Position numbers and translations under genes: made by a program | In this document: in pieces, positions 35,241 through 48,000 of the stretch | Position numbering within the stretch: position 1 is the stretch's first letter | Layout: every line of letters starts with the position of its first letter | Notes under the pieces: generated by a model | Told to the model about the DNA's origin: nothing | What the model saw: the letters and a program-made list of their open reading frames with translations, nothing else | Databases searched by the model: none | Assembly: GCA_030390025.1 (NCBI GenBank) | Contig: CM059432.1 | Coordinates: 114,268,001 to 114,332,000, forward strand | DNA length: 64,000 nt | Direction of reading: 5' to 3' | Source of the DNA: Squalus acanthias | Lineage: Eukaryota

Positions 35241-35683
35241 CATGATTTTTATACTGATCTTTGAATTGATATAGAAATATTCTCAGGAAGTAGGTTTCAA
35301 CAGAAAGATGATATTGCAAGGAGATCGTGTTCATTTTTCAAATTTAAATTAAACAAGATTAAAGCACAGCATGTACCATTTACAAAATTGTAAGGATTCC
35401 AAATTTTATTTTTTTACTGTACTTTGGCAAATACTTTTGTCATTTTATTATCAGAGTTTTTTTCTGTTCTATGGCTTCATGTCATTTAAAACTGAGAAAC
35501 ATTGAAAGCAGAAGTTTGGGAATCAGCCCTCATGGCTTGTAACATTGTGTAGCTGTTATTAACCTGTTTAATTAGTACTCTGCTAAACACAGTTCCCCCA
35601 GTGATGGGTATAATAGGAAATAAAAGAATCTGATATATTTAAGAATGTTTCCAGGATTGTAAGAGAATCCTTATAGAATGATA

Positions 35684-36250
35684 GGGGGAAAAATTCAGTT
35701 GCTTTGCGCCTCCCTTTAGCGCCGTATGAGGGCGCTAATGGGGCGCAAAGCAACTAGCACTCGGGCGCGGCGCTGCCAATGCCTCCCGCGAAATTCAGCG
35801 GGAGGTTAGCAGCGGCGGTAACCGTTAGCGCCCCATGGCACTGCGCCGCCGGCGATGATGTCATCGGCGTGCGCAGCGCCCCGGCCGCGATCTTCGGTAG
35901 CGCCCCCTGACTTACCGCCGCACGCTATGTCCGACGGGGTCAGGGGGGCCTACCTGCGGCCGGGGTGGCGCTATTTAAAGGCGAGGTGCCGGGCGGCCAT
36001 TTTTGTTGCTGGCCGCCTGCCAGCACCTGCCTCCGCTTTAAGAAGGGGAGGAAGGCCTGCAATACCGCGGCGCTGCGGCATGTAGCACCGCGATATTCCT
36101 CGCAGTGCCCCAAGAGGGAGGCGGGGCGCTTCCAGTAGCGCCCTGCTTCCCTCTTGGGGCGCTACCACTGAATTCCGGCCGCGGGGGCGCTAAAAGTAGT
36201 GCCCCGGCGAAGTTAGCACCCCAAAGGGGGCGCGACTCAATTTCTCCCCC
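35684..36250. mobile_element. GC-rich Harbinger-type MITE, family D
   Basis: TIR gggggaaaaatt / aatttctccccc; TSD ATA; sits in a CR1 tail. Confidence 0.88.
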
Positions 36251-36253
36251 ATA

Positions 36254-37662
36254 GACACTTACAGCCCAGAGGAGGCCATTCAGCCGGACGTGCCTGTGCC
36301 AGCTCTTTGAAAGAGCAGTCATGCTTAGACCCACTCCCCCGCTTTTTGTCTGTAACCCTGTAAGTTCCTCATCCTCCAGTACCTGTCCAACTCCCTTTTA
36401 AAATTATTTATGAATCACCTTCCACCACCTTTTCAGGTCGAGCGTTCCAGATCCCGACAACTCTGATTGAAAAAATTTCTCCTCATCTCCCCTCTAGATC
36501 TTTTGCAAAAGATTTTAAAACTATGACCACTCGCTAGAGGGAATAGTTTTTCTCTATCTACTTTATCAAAGCCTCTCATCATCTTGAAAACCTCTGTTAG
36601 GTTACCTCGTAACCTTCTCTGCTTGAAGGAGAACAGTCCTAACTTTTCCAACCTCTCCTCATAACTGAAGTCCCTCATCCCTGGTAACATCCTGGTAACA
36701 TCCTCTGTACCCTTTCTAAGGCCTTTACATCTTTCCTGAAGTGTGGTGCCCAGAATTGTCCACAATACCCAAGCTGAGGCCTAACCAGTGATTTATAAAG
36801 TTCTAGCATGATCTCTTTGCTTTTATATTCTATTCCTCTATTTAGAAGCTCAATTAACCCATATGCTTTTTTAACCACCTTATCAACTTGCTGTGCCACC
36901 TTTAAGGATTTGTGCATGTGGACAGCAAGGTCTCTCTGTTCATTTACACTTTTGAAAATCGTGCCATTTATAGTATACCGTCTTTTCATATTAGTCCTCC
37001 CAAAGTGCATCACTTCACACTTCTCTGCATTGAACTCCATCTGCCATGCTTCTGCCTAATTCACCATCCTGTCTATGTCATCCTGAAGTCTACAACTATC
37101 CTCATCACTATCTACTACGTTGCCAAGTTTTGTATCATCTGCAAACTTTATAATGCTGCACCCTACACCCGAGTCAAGGTTGTTTATAAAAATTGAAAAG
37201 AGTAATGGACCCAAAACTGATCCTTGGGGAGCACCACTGCAAATGACCGCCCAGTCTGAAAAAATCCATCCACCACCACCCTCTGCTTCCTGTCACTGAG
37301 CCAATTCCATATCCATACCGCCACTCTTCCCTTAATTCACTGAGCTTCCATCTTCTTAACAAGCCTCCTGTGTGGCAGTTTGTCAAATGTCTTCTGAAAG
37401 TCCATATACACATCTACTACACTACCTTGATCAACCTTCTCTGTTACCTCATCAAAGAATTCAATCAATTTAGTCAGACACGATTTGCCTTTAACAAATC
37501 CATTCTGGCTCTCCTTGGTTAACCCATACCCAAATGAAAGTTTATTTTCTCTCTGATTATGGTTTTCAAGAACTTCCCCACCAACGATATTAGACTAATT
37601 AGCTTGTAAGTTTCCCAGTTTATCCCTCTCCCCTTTCTTGAATAGTGGTATAGCGTTAACAA
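36254..37662 (-). mobile_element. CR1 LINE RT and 3' region
   Basis: MEFNAEKCEVMHFGR, LVRPQLGYCGQFWAP, LGLFSFKQRRLRG, FADDTK on the minus strand. Confidence 0.92.
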
Positions 37663-37704
37663 CCCGCCAGAAAGCATGTAAAACTTAAGTCTAAAAAAGT
37701 AAAT

Positions 37705-38150
37705 GGGTACAGTTGTCGAGTGGTTATGGTATTGGACCAGCACAAGAGGTTGTGAGTTTAAATCCCACTAAGGCAAGTTGTGAAATTGAATTCAATAAAT
37801 CTGGTTATTTGTGGACTAACACGGAAAGCTGGCAGATTGTCATGAGAAGCCAACTGATTCACTGATGGCCTTCAGTGAAGGGAATCTGTCACCCCCACCT
37901 GGTCAGGCTACATGTGACCAATGTTCCCGCTAATTCTTTCAATTTTCCCCGCATGCACAGTTTTCCCATTGTAAAGCCATTGAGCGGCCTGTGTGGGACC
38001 TCCAGACCGCTGCGTGGCCCCGCAGTTTAATGGGAACGTGCATGTGACTCCAGCCCCACACTATGTGGTTGACTCTTAATGACCTCAAGGCAACCAGGGA
38101 TGGACGATAAATACGCCCTGCCCAGTGTTGCCCACATCCCAAGACCAAAT
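37705..38150 (+). mobile_element. tRNA-derived SINE sharing the tail of the 12369-13110 LINE lineage
   Basis: Degenerate A/B boxes (gtcgagtggtta; gagtttaaatccc); core ttcactgatggccttcag..ctacatgtgactccag; tail agggatggacgataaata..gcccacatccc. Confidence 0.6.
37919..38040. mobile_element. 122-bp hAT-type MITE
   Basis: 8-bp TSD catgtgac (37911-37918, 38041-38048); imperfect TIR caatgttccc.ctaa / ttaatgggaacgtg. Confidence 0.7.
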
Positions 38151-39225
38151 AACAAAAATAGATAAGGGTAATAAGTAATATCTTCACGTCACCACATTTT
38201 TTAAAGAAATATGTTGACATATGCTGTGCTTCTACAGAGATCTGTCTTAGTTAATGTGTTCTGTTAATGTGCAGGGTATGTAATGCAATAGTCAAAAAGG
38301 GAGACCCATTTTAAATGTGTTATCACTTGTTATATGGAAAATAATTTTAATTGTAGAGACTTACAGCTTATAGTTACATAATAAAAATATATTTTAGTTT
38401 GGTTGTAACTGCATATTTGATTAGCTACATCCTTTTACATTTAGGAAAGGAATAAGATATGTTGACATTTTGTAAAGATGTTCTTGTTACTAATAATATT
38501 TATCGTACTCTGGTAGAATTATGTTCCAAATCAGTTTTAGTGGCAAGTTATGACTATGCATCCAGGTATGATTGTCTTGTTCCAATTAGGAGAGGGACTG
38601 AACTGCACAGAAAGCTGACTGTGCTAATGGAGAGTCACTTACTTGCAAAGGACACAGTCACCAAATAGTGAAGAACAATGGAATATTATAAGAGAGCTCT
38701 TTAAATTCTTTTTCAGGAATATGCTTACTGTTTTGGATATTTAATTTATTTTCAAAATAATTTATTTAAATATGCTATTTTATGCTCTGGTTTAATGCTG
38801 AGAAATTCCACATTTCTTGTGTAACTAACTCACAGATTTGAATGTGAGATAACAGTGAAGATTTTTCACTTATTACACTTGGGTGCAAACCATTGCCTAA
38901 ACAGAGCACACAGAGGAAACAGGGCAGAGTGAGTTGCACGCCCATACCTAAGCTCGTCCAATTTTCCACCTATTTCATTTCATTTCATGGATGGTAATCG
39001 GGTGGGCTCTGTTATGGGCTTGTAATCCTTTCTCTCTGATTTTCCTGTTTGTGCTCCACCTAGTCGATGCTTTATACACACAAGAGGAAAATCTGCCTTA
39101 ATAGCTGTTTTTGTCTCTATCGTTGCCTCACCTCCTCCCCCGTGATTGGCCTTTTAGAAGAACTTTACAGTTATTAACAAGAAAAATTTCCCTGCTGAAA
39201 CAGATTTTATGGTGGGGGCAAAATA

Positions 39226-39527
39226 AGCCTCGATTTTAACGCCGCCTCCCCACCCCTGACGGGCAGGAGGGGTTAAAATTTTGAAAATCACGATTCCACC
39301 TCCAATCCGCTGTGTTCCTGGCCGCCACAATATTAACAGCAGCGAAACAGGCCATCGACGAGGCTCCTGCTAAAGGCAAGCAAGGTCCTACTTAATATGT
39401 AGAAGTCGCGACCTGATGACATCAACAGGGCCTGCCTCCCCGACTTGTCCTGGTGCGCCACTCACTACCGGGCTTGTGCGCACCCATCCCACCACCGCCA
39501 CCGCCCCCCCCGGTAAATATCAAAGCC
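39226..39527. mobile_element. Degenerate Harbinger-type MITE
   Basis: Termini agcctcgattttaa / taaatatcaaagcc; GC-rich island in AT-rich DNA. Confidence 0.45.
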
Positions 39528-41813
39528 TTAGAGTAGGGATAAGAATGAAACAAAAGTAATTTGGTGCATGCTACTGTTCTTCCTCCCCATCAATATATTT
39601 CTCATTTTATTAGACTTTACATAACAGAGGAAAATATAGCCCTGACAGTCCTTCCTGATGACCTATTACCCAACGAATAGTAGCAGTGGCGCACCAAGGT
39701 GGAAAAAATATATTAAAAATTAGATTTCTGTACAACACGGTGGAATGTGATACAGAATATTTGGCAGAGTCTGTGAATAAAATGTAAAATTTTATAAGTA
39801 CCTCCTCATGCATATTTTGACTTCAAGTATTACCTAACCACAAATACTTTTCAAGACAGCTGGATCACTTGCTTCCAAGTTTATTACTATTCTTATGGAA
39901 AAGATATGATAAAAGTAACAACACTATGCATCTTAACATTGGGGGAAGGTTTCTTCGGATTGGTATATGTTAACAACATTTTAAAAGCATAACAGAAGAT
40001 TTATTCTGAACATTAGCTCTACTAAAATGGTCGACCTGTTCTTTTAGAATGCATTTGCAGTTTCACTAGAAATCTGCTTGTGATGCCCAAACACATAGTG
40101 ACCGCACAAAATCTTCCCCTATCCTTGGCTAAATACAAAGAAGAGGTTGTTAGTCCAATAGTGTAAAACACCCATTGACTAAACTATGAGTCCATCCAAG
40201 TATATTTCTCCTGAGGTTACAAAACTGATTTACAAAACAACCATAAGTTAATCCAGGCAGACTGACATCTTCTTCAACTGAGAGGAGCCTTCAGCAATAT
40301 AGTGGTCTGTGGACAGTGGCCAAACATTAAGTATAAATGGTACATGGTAATTAGTGCTTGACTTAAAAGTATTAGCCAATGGGTGGCCTGCACCTTCATT
40401 ATAGCATTTGGACCTGAGAATTTGAAAGATGTCTTAGCACTATAGAGAACGGCTTATTCACATTAACAATCAGAACCGCCCTGTCACTGCATCTTTCACC
40501 AACAGAAAATGTGGTGAGGCATTATTGATTGGTAAAAGGCCGCAGTAAATTTATTGGAGTTCTGAGTTATAGCATAGGCCAAATAAAAACACTTAACTCT
40601 AAACCTTGTTCTTAGGCCAAGTTTAAAAGACTAAGAGACAGCCATTTGTTCGCAAGCAGTGAAGGGCCCAGTGCTGCTACTAAGGCATGGACTTCAGAAG
40701 TGGAGGTAAGAAGATTGGTCCAATGTGCCTAATTTACAGCAAGAAAACAGATAAAGACTTTAAAGAAAAGAAAATATTCCCTTAGAAAAGTGAATACAAT
40801 ATTTGCTCTGCTGAGAAAAAACTGATTAATCATTTACAGGAGCATTTCCTGAGGAGCCAAACTGTCACTATAATTGTTATAAGAGGCATTTTGTTGGATT
40901 CTTCAGATTCTTCTACTTTGACTTGTTAATTAGTATAATTTTACAGGTTTTTTAAAATTTCTCCTTTGGTTTTCTGCCTATCACTCTTGACGGTGTTGAC
41001 TCATGCTAGGGTACAGGTCCACAGGTACCAGCCATCCTCCGGTACTTTGCCCAAGTGGCCTGTCTTTATGAGCGAGCCTTGGCAGTGAGGATTAGTAGGA
41101 TATTCCTCCATAGGGGGCATCATAGACAACTCTGTTCCTGCCAATACACACACACACACACAGCTATAAGAACCAAGAACGCTGATTTCCCATCCCGGCC
41201 CCTCCGAGCCCAGGGTTGCTGAAGTCAATTTTAGCATTCTAATTGCTGTTGTTCAGCTGTGATCAGAACTAAATATTTGATCTTCTTCGTCTGTTTTTTT
41301 CTTTTTGACAGGTAACAGGAAGCATCCACAGGTTTTACTTCTAAATGATGTAACACATTAAACATGGAATGAGTCACAGTCTGCTATTCTTTCCCAATTT
41401 AGTATTTTGCACAGCATTCTTGGTTGGGTGGTGAACCAACTTTAATTCGATAAAAAAAAGTATTTGCAAAGAAAAATGAGTTTATTCCTCACTATAGTGC
41501 ACTATCTACATGTTATTACACATCGGAGAAGATTTCCCCTGTGGTTATGGGCATGGAGATCGAAAACCTGTTCTTTATAAATGGATTTCCAATGCTGTTA
41601 CATTTAGTGCACAGAGGAACTTCTCCTGTGCAGTAATAAAGAAAAACACTCAATAATTTGTTCGTAGAGCATTCAGACATCTGAAACGAGACCATGTGCT
41701 TGAAGGTCACGCAAACAGAAAATTATAAAACTACAAAGCAGGTTCAACAAGATGTCAGTTGATGAATGTGGGCTACTTCATACTAAAATTCCAGGCATCA
41801 ACTTTCAATATTA

Positions 41814-42478
41814 GGGGGTAGAGTTTCCATTTTGGATACAATCGATAAATTGAGCACAAATTGCGTTTGAAATTGCACTGGTTAAGTTACAGTGCAAGTT
41901 TCCGCTAAAAAGCATCTGCATAATCACAAACGTAAAATTTTCTATGAACCAGTGCCATCAGTCAACATAATAGAATGTAATTTTTTTTCTTTGTATAAAA
42001 AAAATTCCTTAATATATTTAAGAGTGGTAACCTGGTGCAGTTTTATTAATACAGCTGACAATGGGTTTATCACAAAAAATTAGCATTTTTAATAAGAGTG
42101 TCTAGTCCACCACCTGTGAGTAACCTGATTTTAAATCACTGAAAATGGACTTAAAAAAAACTATACTGAACCTAGTTTCATTGGTGTACACTAGTCAGTT
42201 GCTTAGTAAATTAAATATTTTTAAATATGTAATAACCTTTAAAGCGTGCCTACTAGTGCCTATGCGTCTGAAAAAAAAGCTTCATTTGAAGCCCTCCATA
42301 ATTTTTTGATCGGGGGCGTGGCCAGCTTTGGGTGCAATGATTTTTAAACCAGTGTTAAAGATCATGGAAACTCGATTTACACTTGACGTATCTTACACTT
42401 GAGTCTCCACGATCGTTTGCACTGGTTCGGCCGCTCACGCCCAGATTAGGCTGATAAAACTAGCGGAAACTACAGGCC
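41814..42478. mobile_element. Degenerate Harbinger-type MITE abutting the next element
   Basis: Termini ggggtagagtttcc / ggaaactacaggcc; AT-rich core like family C. Confidence 0.5.
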
Positions 42479-42481
42479 TAC

Positions 42482-44230
42482 GGCTCGAATTTTCCGGGAG
42501 GTCAGCAGGCGGAATCGGTGGCGGGTCAGGTGAGAAATTAGATTTTTTTGACAGCAGGTCGGGACCCCGCTGTCAACCTGCCGCAACGTGCCTTTCCCAC
42601 AGGCGCGTGTGATCTCCAATCCGACCCGCAGAGGCAGGCGACCCAATTAAACCAATTATTGGGTTGTTGACAGACCTTTAATAATGCTTTTAACCTTACC
42701 TTTTAACTTTAACTGCTCGCCCACATGGTCCACGCTGCTTGGGGACCATGTCTGTGAACCTGAGGCAGAAGTTGAATTGCCATTGCTCCAGCTTCAAATG
42801 TACCGTAAAAGCTCCCACCTGACAGATCATCACTTTCCTCAGCCACAAGCTGTTTCTCAGTCCATTTCCATCACAGATTCTGCAGGCTTTCCACTTTCCA
42901 CTCTCCATCCACTCTTACCTCATTGGAAGAACTTGCTCACCATTGACAGAATGCTTCTGTCCTCTCTACTTCACCTGCCATCTATTCCATTAACATGGGT
43001 GCCCTTTATACTCTCCCACCTTGGTCCTCAGAATCCCACCATGATCAGCTCCAACACCAGCAGCACCAGGCATACCAGCAGCACCAACAATACCAACCTT
43101 CTCCGTAATCACCTGATGCTGCACAGGACACAGGGCATCAGCACCCGACCACATTGCTGCCCGGGAGGCTAGGGATGGCCTCACCATGGCCAGATTTACT
43201 TCACTTGACGCTGTACACCCTGGCTGCCACATGATGCGCCAGGTTGGCACCACCCCACACCAACACCATAAAGCATCCCTACAATGCCCAAGCCATTCCT
43301 TTCACACTCAGCACCATTGCGGGGGGGTACCGCTATGTCTCACCATTCACTGCAACTCACTAAGCTACTTCCAAAGATGCACACAAATCTGTCCAAGAAC
43401 GCATAATGTTGAAAATATAGGTTTCAATGTTTGACAGCACATTAACAGAAACTTTACATGAACATTGGATAAAACACCCAAGTGGCTACCCTTGTGTGTT
43501 GTTAGTTGGTATGATTGCATGAGGATGAGGGTAAGTGTGAGGGGTGGCTAGTGAGATAGGGATGTGGTAATGTAGATAGAGAGGGATGGATGGAGGTGCA
43601 AAGTAAGTTGGTGTGAGTAAGGATGTGCAGGAGTATGGTAGGGAAGGCAGAGTGATGGGGATGTGATGAGAGGCACAGCAGGGTGAGGTTGAGTGTGGCT
43701 TTGTACTAACGTTTCGTGATCTAATGAGATCATTGAAACATTTGCACCACTGCACCCAGGTCCTCCTGACCACATTCCTGCTTGTGCCCTCCTGTGCAAT
43801 GTGCAACCAGGCTGTTGTGATCTCCTGGGGAGGTCGCTTCCATCCATGGGAAGGGAAGAGGACCTCCCTGCGTGCTGTGACTCCCTCCATAAGCATATGG
43901 AGGGAGTCATGGGAGAGCCTGGGTGCAGCCCTGTGCCTCTGTGCAGTGATTGTCAGTGTTTGCAGCGCCTCAATGCTGTAGAACACTGACAGCACAACTG
44001 TCAAAAGAAAGTTGGCCATGGTCCCTTTAAGGAAACCAGCTCATGACGCGTCATGAATGACATCACCAGACCTGCTTCCTCTAATTGGGCCGGGAAGCAC
44101 GCTGGGAGGGCTTAACAAGCCCCATCAACGTAAATTCATTTTCCAGAGTGGGATGGAGCCAGCAGCGGGGCTGCGACCCACCACCGACATCGCCCACCCC
44201 GGACCCGCTGAGGTAAGGAAAATCCCGGCC
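42482..44230. mobile_element. Internally deleted Harbinger element (sister of 30936-34545)
   Basis: Termini ggctcgaattttcc / ggaaaatcccggcc; transposase start (MGALYTLPPWSSES, ~42995) joined to its 3' end; Myb exon 1 on - (~43950-43710: RAAPRLSHDSL..REVLFP..RRTWVQW.KCFNDL). Confidence 0.88.
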
Positions 44231-44951
44231 TTAGTGTTTAATAAAAAGCTTGGTTTTGAAGGACTGGTCTCTGCTTAACAATTATATTGTGGACAAAATG
44301 AAAGGCTTCTTTGCAATTTTCATTATATTTAATTAAGCAATTTTTGAGTTGGTGTTATAAAATGCAAATCTGCTAATCTGTCATTTCCCCTTTTGAGCAT
44401 GCTCCTTCTGAAGGACCATCTACAATTTTCACTGCTATGGGCTCTCTGAAATTTAGTTAATCTCTTAAGTGAAGTGAATAATAACAGGTAAAACTTCCAA
44501 TGAAAAAGAAAAACGCTCCATTTCTCACTGACCCCTGTTCATAGTCTGTGATATTAGTCTAACATAGGGACAGCGTCTGGCTTTTACAACAATTGCGTTA
44601 AGGTTGCCAGTTGACAGTGTAGCTTTTATTTTATCATTTCATGTTGAAGGATTAAACATGCAATATTAAAAAGCATTGTTAAGACTGGCAACTGGTGCCA
44701 ATTTTAAAGTCCAGCTAGAGCAGTGAATAAGCAGTCAGGTGGCAAATCTAAAATTAGCATTTAAATTGACAAAAGGTGACCATGACCATTTGCATTTCAC
44801 AGATGACGATGTCATTGTGCTAAAAGGAGTACTCGATTTTATATGTCAGTGTTACTTATATTGACTTTTGGCCATTTTCTAGCCACCTCTCCTTCACCTA
44901 TAGCTTTCAGTGCTCACCCTGGCATCTCTCTAGTCTGTCACTGGAGAAAGA

Positions 44952-46958
44952 AGCCGCGATTTTGCCAACGCTCAGAGGGCTGGTTTGGAGGCGGGTCAGG
45001 AGTTAAAATCAAAATGATTGACGGCAAGTTGCGAACCCGCCGCCATCCCACCTCCACGCAACTTTACAAAGTGTCGGGCCTGCGAGTCCCGATCAGACCC
45101 GACACCAAGCGGCGGGAGAGCCACTTAACTGCCTGGATAATCCTATTTTAAGAGGCTCTTCCCATTTTGCAACATTTTCAGCGTGTTGCGTGTCATGTGA
45201 CAAACACGCCAGCTGATTGTACCGGGTTCAGCAACTAGCTGAATACTTGACAGCTGCACCTGCAGCATAAAAGCTGACCTGTAACATGGCTGACTTTCAG
45301 ATGCCAGGACTTTCTGTTTTGAGGTTTTGGAACACATCTTGCAGGTCTATTGAGCTTGTAAGTGTTTAAGCTGAGATCCATATGCACTGTGACCTCCTTG
45401 GAATACCCTCAGGCCACATTGACTGAGCGCTTATAACATCTCTTCCTCAACTGAGATATATACCAGCGGAATGGGAACCATTTATACCCCCTCATCCTGG
45501 TCCTCAGAATCAGAGGAAGAGCAGCTGCGGCAGCAGCAGAACCAGGCACAACAGCAGCAGCAACAACAAGAGCGCCAACCTTCTCTTCAGCCACCTGATG
45601 CTGCACAGGGCAGAGGACGTCAGCGCTGGGCTGCACCGCGCCGCATGAGATACCCCCAACACAGGGTTTACAGGCAGAGTATGAGCTTCCTCAACATGAG
45701 TGAGCAGCAGTGCCAAAGGAGGCTGAGACTTTCGCGAGAGGTAGTCGCTGACATCTGCACAATGCTACACCAACACCTGCAGCCCAGAGGAGCGGGTGGA
45801 CACTTACCAGTGGCTGTCAAAGTCACCACCACACTCAACATCTTTGCTTCAGGGTCCTTCCAGGGATCAGCAGCAGACATAAGCGGTATCTCCCAGTCGG
45901 CCGCACACAGTTGCATCACGCAGGTTACCGATGCCCTCTTTGCAAAGTCGCACAATTACATCCACTTCTCCACGGATAATGCAAGTGTTACCGCGCATGC
46001 GGTTGGCTTTGCAAATATGGCAGGCTTCCCAAGGATGCAGGGCATCGTAGACTGCACACATGTGGCCATTAGGACACCCCATTACAACCCAGCTGTATTT
46101 GTGAACCGCAAGGGCTTCCACTCCCTTAACGTCCAGCTGGTGTGCAACCACAGGAAGGACATTATGCATGTTTGCGCCAAGATTCCCAGGCAGTTGCCAT
46201 GACTCGTTCATCCTGCGACAGTCTATTGTGCCTCAGCTGTTCAATCCGCCAACCCAACTTTCCGGATGACAACTTGGAGACAAGGGCTATCCCCTGAAGA
46301 TGTGGCTAATGACACCGATGAGGAGGTCTTCAAACGAAGCTGAGGAGCGGTACAATGTGAGCCACATTTCCACATGAAGTATCATACAGCAAACCATCGG
46401 CTTGCTCAAAATGCGATTCAGATGCCTCGACAGATCTGATGGAGCCCACAGTACACACCAGCCAGGGTCTCCAGAATCATTGTAGTCTGCTGTGCCTTGC
46501 ACAACATCGCACAGCAGCATGACTTACCACTGCCTGAGGAACAAGTGGCTCAGCATAGAGCCTCCTCGGAAGAGGAGGAGGAGGAGGAGGTGGCGGCAGA
46601 TGAGGAAGACCTTGCGGAGGCGGATGTGCCCATTCCACCAGCACATTGCTGGCCATGAGGCAAGGGATACACTAATCCACGCCAGATTCACACAGCAAAC
46701 ACATGTGGCTGGCACATGGAAATGAGTGTCTGCCCGACCTTCTTAACACACCATACATCATCTGTACAATAAACTGTGGTTTCCTATCACTCTCACCACC
46801 ATCATTACAGATGAAAGGCGCCCTGACCCCTCACTGTACAATTTTTCTTTCTGAGCACACATAGGCCAACTCTTTGAATCTTTGACATCACATTTCTTTA
46901 ATACAATTGAAATAACGATGAGAAACGCAACATTGTATTAGCTCCAAAAACTCAAGTG
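44952..46958 (+). mobile_element. Harbinger element, left part (right end lost at a CR1 junction)
   Basis: Left terminus agccgcgattttg (compare 4956); transposase relic downstream. Confidence 0.8.
45471..46700 (+). pseudogene. Harbinger transposase, disrupted (243-codon open N-terminal part)
   Basis: Gln-rich N-terminus, [40 protein letters not shown]; then a frameshift, [23 protein letters not shown]. Confidence 0.93.
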
Positions 46959-48000
46959 ACTATCCCTGTGACTATTTGGCGTCAGGCTAACTGGCCTATA
47001 GTTCCCCGTTTTTTCTCTTCCTCCTTTCTTAAATAGCGGGCTTATGTTTCCAATCCTTGGGGACTGTTCTAGAATCTAGGGAATTCTAGAAGATTAATAC
47101 CAGTGTATCCACTATCTCTGCAGCTACCTCTTTTAAAACCCTAGGATGCAGGTCGTCAGGTCCAGGGGATTTGTCGCCAGTTAGTCCCATTAATTTCTTC
47201 AGTACTATGGGGGAAAAATTGAGTCGCGCCCCCTTTGGGGTGCTAACTTTGCCGGGGCGCTACTTTTAGCGCCCCATAAAAATTAGCGCCCCTGTGCCGG
47301 AAATTGAGTGGTTGCGCCCCAAGAGGGAAGCGGGGCGCTACTTGAAGCGCCCCGCATCCCTCTTGGGGCGCTGCGAGTCAATATCGTGGCGCTACATGCT
47401 GCAGCGCCAGGCGCTGCGGCACGTCGCACCGCGGTATTGCAGGCCTTCCTCCCCTTCTTAAAGGGGAGGGGCCTTGCGCAGCGCGAACTGGGGCCAGGCT
47501 GGGCCCCCGGGGATCGGGAGTGCCGGCAAAAGACACTGACACTCAAGAGAAGTGCCGGGCTCTTGGAGCGCAGCCGGCACTTCGCAGGGGGGGGGGCTTC
47601 AGGGGGCCGGGGACAGCAACGGGGGCAGGTGCTGGCAGGCGGCCAGCAACAAAAATGGCCACCCGCCACCTCCCCTTTAACTAGCGCCGCCCCGGCCACA
47701 GGTAGGCCCCCCTGACCCCGTCGGACATAGCGTCTGGCGGTAAGTCAAGGGGCGCTACTGAAGATCGCGGTCGGAGCGCGAGCGGGACGCTGCGCATGGC
47801 GATGACGTCATCGCCGGCGGCGCAGCGCCACAGGGCACTACCGGTTAGCGCCGTCGCTAACCTCCCGCTGAATTTCGCGGGAGGCGTGGTCGGCGCCGCA
47901 CCTGGGCGCTAGTTGCTTTGCGCCCCATTAGCGCCCTCTTAAGGCGCTAACGGGAGGCGCAAACCAACGGAATTTTTCCCCCTATGTCTTTACTTATATT
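46959..48000 (-). mobile_element. CR1 ORF2 fragment interrupted by a MITE
   Basis: Reverse of NYRPVSLT (gtcaggctaactggcctatagttcccc) and [22 protein letters not shown]. Confidence 0.8.
47209..47982. mobile_element. GC-rich Harbinger-type MITE, family D (longest copy, inverted)
   Basis: Perfect TIR gggggaaaaatt / aatttttccccc; TSD TAT. Confidence 0.9.

Noticed and set aside
41000..41240. Possible ancient SINE-like segment with (ca)n
   Set aside because: It looks repeat-like, but I cannot assign a family or boundaries from this window.
45471..46202. Domesticated host gene HARBI1
   Set aside because: Frameshifted and stop-containing, multi-copy in the window and flanked by transposon termini.
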